A stretch of 32,000 nucleotides of DNA from Wolbachia endosymbiont of Dirofilaria (Dirofilaria) immitis (lineage in GTDB: Bacteria > Pseudomonadota > Alphaproteobacteria > Rickettsiales > Anaplasmataceae): assembly GCF_013365455.1 (NCBI RefSeq), contig NZ_CP046578.1, forward strand, positions 690,001-722,000, in the 5' to 3' direction. Shown here piece after piece: positions 28,799 through 32,000 of this stretch (position 1 is its first letter; every line of letters starts with the position of its first letter). Below the pieces are notes generated by a model. It did not search any database and was not told where the DNA came from. It saw only the letters and a program-made list of their open reading frames with translations. The position numbers and the translations under genes are program-made.

Positions 28799-29086
28799 AT
28801 GATAGGATCCATTTTCACATTTCTAGGCATATGTTTAATAATTACATCAACTATAGGAGTGATTAGATTTCCTAATTTTTATACTAGATTACACGCAGCA
28901 AGCATTACAGATTCTAGCGGTGCAATGTCATTGTTAATTGGTTTTGCTCTGCAAAATGAACTTTCAACTAACACCATTAAAATTATATTACTGATTCTTA
29001 TAATATGGGTGGCTAATTCAACTAATAGTTATATTCTAGCACGTACTTACTATAAAAGTAAGAAAAAGACTATTAAAGAAGATTAA
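28799..29086 (+). CDS. mnhG: Na+/H+ antiporter subunit G (MrpG/MnhG-like)
   Basis: GICLIITSTIGVIRFPNFYTRLHAASITDSSGA is the characteristic MnhG region. Confidence 0.88.
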   Translation: MIGSIFTFLGICLIITSTIGVIRFPNFYTRLHAASITDSSGAMSLLIGFALQNELSTNTIKIILLILIIWVANSTNSYILARTYYKSKKKTIKED

Positions 29087-29087
29087 T

Positions 29088-29609
29088 ATGTTTGAAATAC
29101 TAAATATAACACTACCTTTGCTATTACTTATGGTCACAGTTTTTATAGTCCTTTCAAAACATTTAGTTGTAAGCGGTGTCCTAATGTGTGCATTTAGCTC
29201 ACTTACTGCACTTATATACTTAATCATGAACGCACCTGATGTAGCAATGACTGAAGCTTCAGTCGGTGCGGGACTTAGTACAGTTTTTATGTTTGCTGCA
29301 CTTTCTCTGATAAAGAATCATAAAATAAATCTATCTCACAGTCCTACAACGCTTTTTTTTATGTTATTTTTATCTGCATATTTATCATACTTTATGGCTC
29401 AATTACCAGATTTTGGCAGTTATGATGCTCCAATTCATCTGCATGTTGCTCCTTACTATATAGAAAATACTGAAAAAATTACTGATATTCCTAACATAGT
29501 AACGGCTATTCTAGCAAGCTTCCGTGGTTATGATACATTTGGAGAAACTATAGTAGTTTTTACTGCAGCACTTTGTATAATGTTGACACTAAAAGAAGGA
29601 AAAGAATAA
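29088..29609 (+). CDS. MrpB-like/DUF4040 (MbhD-type) antiporter subunit
   Basis: VFIVLSKHLVVSGVLMCAFSSLTALIYLIMNAPDVAMTEASVGAGLSTVFMFAAL; position in cluster. Confidence 0.8.
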   Translation: MFEILNITLPLLLLMVTVFIVLSKHLVVSGVLMCAFSSLTALIYLIMNAPDVAMTEASVGAGLSTVFMFAALSLIKNHKINLSHSPTTLFFMLFLSAYLSYFMAQLPDFGSYDAPIHLHVAPYYIENTEKITDIPNIVTAILASFRGYDTFGETIVVFTAALCIMLTLKEGKE

Positions 29610-29611
29610 AA

Positions 29612-30040
29612 ATGATTAAAGATCCAGTATTAAATACAGTAACATTTTTAACAGTACCCTTTATTGTCCTGTTTGCTTTATATATACAATTTCACGGTGA
29701 CTACACTCCAGGTGGAGGGTTTCAAGCAGGAATAATTACCGCTTCTGGAATAATACTGTATTCAATGGTATTTGGTATATCTACAGCTTTAAAGGCGATA
29801 CCTTATTCTGTGATTAAATCTACTAATATACTAGGAATTTTAATTTATGGGGGAACAGGTATTGTACCAATTTTACTTGGCCAAAATTTTTTATCTTATA
29901 ACATATTGTTAACTAATAAAGTTGCTGGTCAAAAATTAGGTATTTTTTTGGCAGAACTAGGTGTAGCATTCACTGTCTGTTCTTCCATGCTTACTATATA
30001 CATAAGCTTCGCTCGTAAAAAAAACAATGACTTTATATAA
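29612..30040 (+). CDS. mnhB: Na+/H+ antiporter subunit B (MnhB domain); likely start ATG 29612
   Basis: FIVLFALYIQFHGDYTPGGGFQAGIITASGIILYSMVFG. Confidence 0.88.
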   Translation: MIKDPVLNTVTFLTVPFIVLFALYIQFHGDYTPGGGFQAGIITASGIILYSMVFGISTALKAIPYSVIKSTNILGILIYGGTGIVPILLGQNFLSYNILLTNKVAGQKLGIFLAELGVAFTVCSSMLTIYISFARKKNNDFI

Positions 30041-30353
30041 TTACACAACCATTATTATATTAATGATACTAGGTTTGTACATTATTATAAATGACAAAAA
30101 TTTAATTAAGAAAATGATAGGAGTAAATATTTTTCAAGCATCAGTTTTACTATTTTATATATCTTTAGGATATATAAAAAGCTCTTTACCCCCTATACTA
30201 GTGCCAAATTTTTATTTATATAGTAATCCTATACCGCAAGTTCTAATGCTTACTGCCATAGTAGTTGGAATTGCAACATTTTCAGTTGGGCTATCTATAG
30301 CAGTGAAAATAGAAGAAAAATATGGAACAATTAACCAAGACAAATATATATGA
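30027..30353 (+). CDS. mnhC: Na+/H+ antiporter subunit C (MnhC/NuoK-like)
   Basis: LGLYIIINDKNLIKKMIGVNIFQASVLLFYISLGYI...PIPQVLMLTAIVVGIATFSVGLSIAVKI. Confidence 0.88.
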   Translation: MTLYNYTTIIILMILGLYIIINDKNLIKKMIGVNIFQASVLLFYISLGYIKSSLPPILVPNFYLYSNPIPQVLMLTAIVVGIATFSVGLSIAVKIEEKYGTINQDKYI

Positions 30354-30397
30354 TGAATTAACAGTATCTTAAACTATATTAAGTAACAAGTAGCCAG

Positions 30398-30420
30398 AAG
30401 CTAAATCATAGCTTTTATTT
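30398..30420 (+). terminator. Weak candidate terminator after mnhC
   Basis: AAGCTA-AATCA-TAGCTT 6-bp hairpin followed by TTATTT; GC content is low. Confidence 0.25.
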
Positions 30421-30469
30421 ACTGTAGGTCTACTTACTAGCAAGTAATAAAGTTTAAATTACAAAGGTA

Positions 30470-32000
30470 ATGATGTCAGCTATTAACAACGAAGAAGATA
30501 AGAAAAAAATCATTAGAGATCTCGTAACAAAAAGTATAAGAAAGGGTGGTTTTATCACTTTTGATGATATAAATGAAAAATTGTCAGACGAGAATTTTTC
30601 GTCCGATTTTATAGATGACACTGTATCCCTATTGCAAGACTCAGGAATTAACATACTTGAAAGTAGTGAAGAAGAAGAAGCTTCTTCCAATAATGATGAC
30701 AACAAACTCGATGAGGATGATACATTATCAAGCACTGCTACAACTTTAATACAAAATGACGACCCGGTAAGAGTTTACCTACAAGACATGAGCTCTGTAA
30801 AACTCTTATCAAGAACAGATGAAATTACAATAGCAAAGAAAATTGAATCTGAAAAGCACAATATGCTACGTGCAATAATTGAAACACCAGTAACATTAAG
30901 AATAATAAAGGCATGGCGTGATGATTTAAGCAGCGGATCTCTCTCACTAAGAGAAATTATAGATCTAGATGCGATTTATAACTCCGATTTTAACGCAATG
31001 CCTAAAGAAGATGTCAAAGATAGTATTGAAGATATTAAGAGTTCTGAAGACACTGAAGATAATAAACACTATGAAGATGATGAAACGGACAACAAAAAAG
31101 ACGATGATGAACAAGAAAGTAGCAACGAAGATATAAATTCAACGAACTTAAATGTTTCTGTCCTTGAAATGGAAAACGATTTATTACCCAAGGTCATAGT
31201 TGCACTAGATGAAATAATTGCTTTAGCAAATAAAGCACTAGTACTAAAGAAAAATTCTTCCAGTGAATTAGCATACAAAGATTTATATAATCAAATATGG
31301 TCTACAGCACTGCAAATCAAGTTAAGTGATGCCGCTGCTACTAAAATCACACAAAAACTTTATAATATAAATAGATCTATCATGCTCGCGGAAGCCAACC
31401 TTATTTCTGAGGCTAAAAAATACGGAATCGATAGAGAAAGTTTCTATAAGGTTTATGATGACATATTATTAAAGTATGGGTTAAAAAATATAAATCTTTT
31501 GAAAATTGATAAAAATCTATCTCCTCTCAAAGACGAACTAAAAAACAAATTCACAAGGTTCATAGATGACAATTTTGAGCATGTAAATAACGTTTTAAAT
31601 GATATAAAGCAGTACGTACAAGAAGATAATGTGCAAGAATTTAAGGAATTAATCAAAAGGATACAAAAACATGAACGAGAAGTCTCTGAAGCAAAACAAG
31701 AGATGATCAAAGCTAATTTAAGGCTAGTAGTTTCCATCGCTAAAAAATATTCAAACAGAGGTCTTGCCTTGCTTGATTTAATACAAGAAGGCAATATCGG
31801 TCTTATGAAGGCTGTAGATAAATTTGATTATAAACGCGGATATAAATTTTCAACTTATGGAACCTGGTGGGTAAGGCAATCAATCACTAGAGCAATACCT
31901 GAGCAATCTAAAGTAGTCAGAATACCAGTTCATATGGTAGAAATTATTAGCAAAATCAATAAGGCACTAAGAAAGCTAACTCATGAAATGGAAAGAGAAC
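30470..32000 (+). CDS. rpoD: RNA polymerase primary sigma factor, 5' part (runs off window; absent from the ORF track)
   Basis: My translation from ATG ATG at 30470: [40 protein letters not shown]..., [108 protein letters not shown]. Confidence 0.95.
   Translation, partial: MMSAINNEEDKKKIIRDLVTKSIRKGGFITFDDINEKLSDENFSSDFIDDTVSLLQDSGINILESSEEEEASSNNDDNKLDEDDTLSSTATTLIQNDDPVRVYLQDMSSVKLLSRTDEITIAKKIESEKHNMLRAIIETPVTLRIIKAWRDDLSSGSLSLREIIDLDAIYNSDFNAMPKEDVKDSIEDIKSSEDTEDNKHYEDDETDNKKDDDEQESSNEDINSTNLNVSVLEMENDLLPKVIVALDEIIALANKALVLKKNSSSELAYKDLYNQIWSTALQIKLSDAAATKITQKLYNINRSIMLAEANLISEAKKYGIDRESFYKVYDDILLKYGLKNINLLKIDKNLSPLKDELKNKFTRFIDDNFEHVNNVLNDIKQYVQEDNVQEFKELIKRIQKHEREVSEAKQEMIKANLRLVVSIAKKYSNRGLALLDLIQEGNIGLMKAVDKFDYKRGYKFSTYGTWWVRQSITRAIPEQSKVVRIPVHMVEIISKINKALRKLTHEMERE

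Noticed and set aside
30454-31794. Minus-strand ORFs across the rpoD region
   Set aside because: Ser-rich antisense shadows of the Asp/Glu-rich rpoD coding frame, which is clearly the real gene although missing from the ORF track.

Overview
This window looks like core chromosome of an Anaplasmataceae endosymbiont, most likely Wolbachia or a close relative. The main marker is one continuous 2841-aa rpoB-rpoC fusion ORF. Gene order: partial ddl, ftsQ, a ~1.3 kb AT-rich gap, then the str/rif block (rpsL, rpsG, fusA, tuf, tRNA-Trp(CCA), secE, nusG, rplK, rplA, rplJ, rplL, rpoBC), map, a minus-strand cspA-like/rhlE pair, minus-strand pmbA (tldE), atpG, a frameshifted mutL and purE, then plus-strand XRE regulator, rpoZ, a partial Mrp/Mnh antiporter cluster (F, G, B-like/DUF4040, B, C), and the 5' part of rpoD. 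I see no mobile island, CRISPR array or obvious new defence-type system. Most notable local signals: (1) nusG with a second, partial copy of its N-terminal domain containing an in-frame (AT)8 tract; (2) mutL whose first ~68 codons are broken by several small indels across the ATPase motifs while the remaining 559 codons, including a DQHA(X)2E(X)4E motif, stay open; (3) a perfect 18-bp inverted repeat abutting a candidate promoter of an orphan XRE regulator; (4) an apparent homopolymer frameshift at the 3' end of ftsQ; (5) unusual residues in normally conserved positions of S12, L11, sigma-70 and RhlE; (6) mosaic codon usage in tuf; (7) a diverged intergenic repeat pair.
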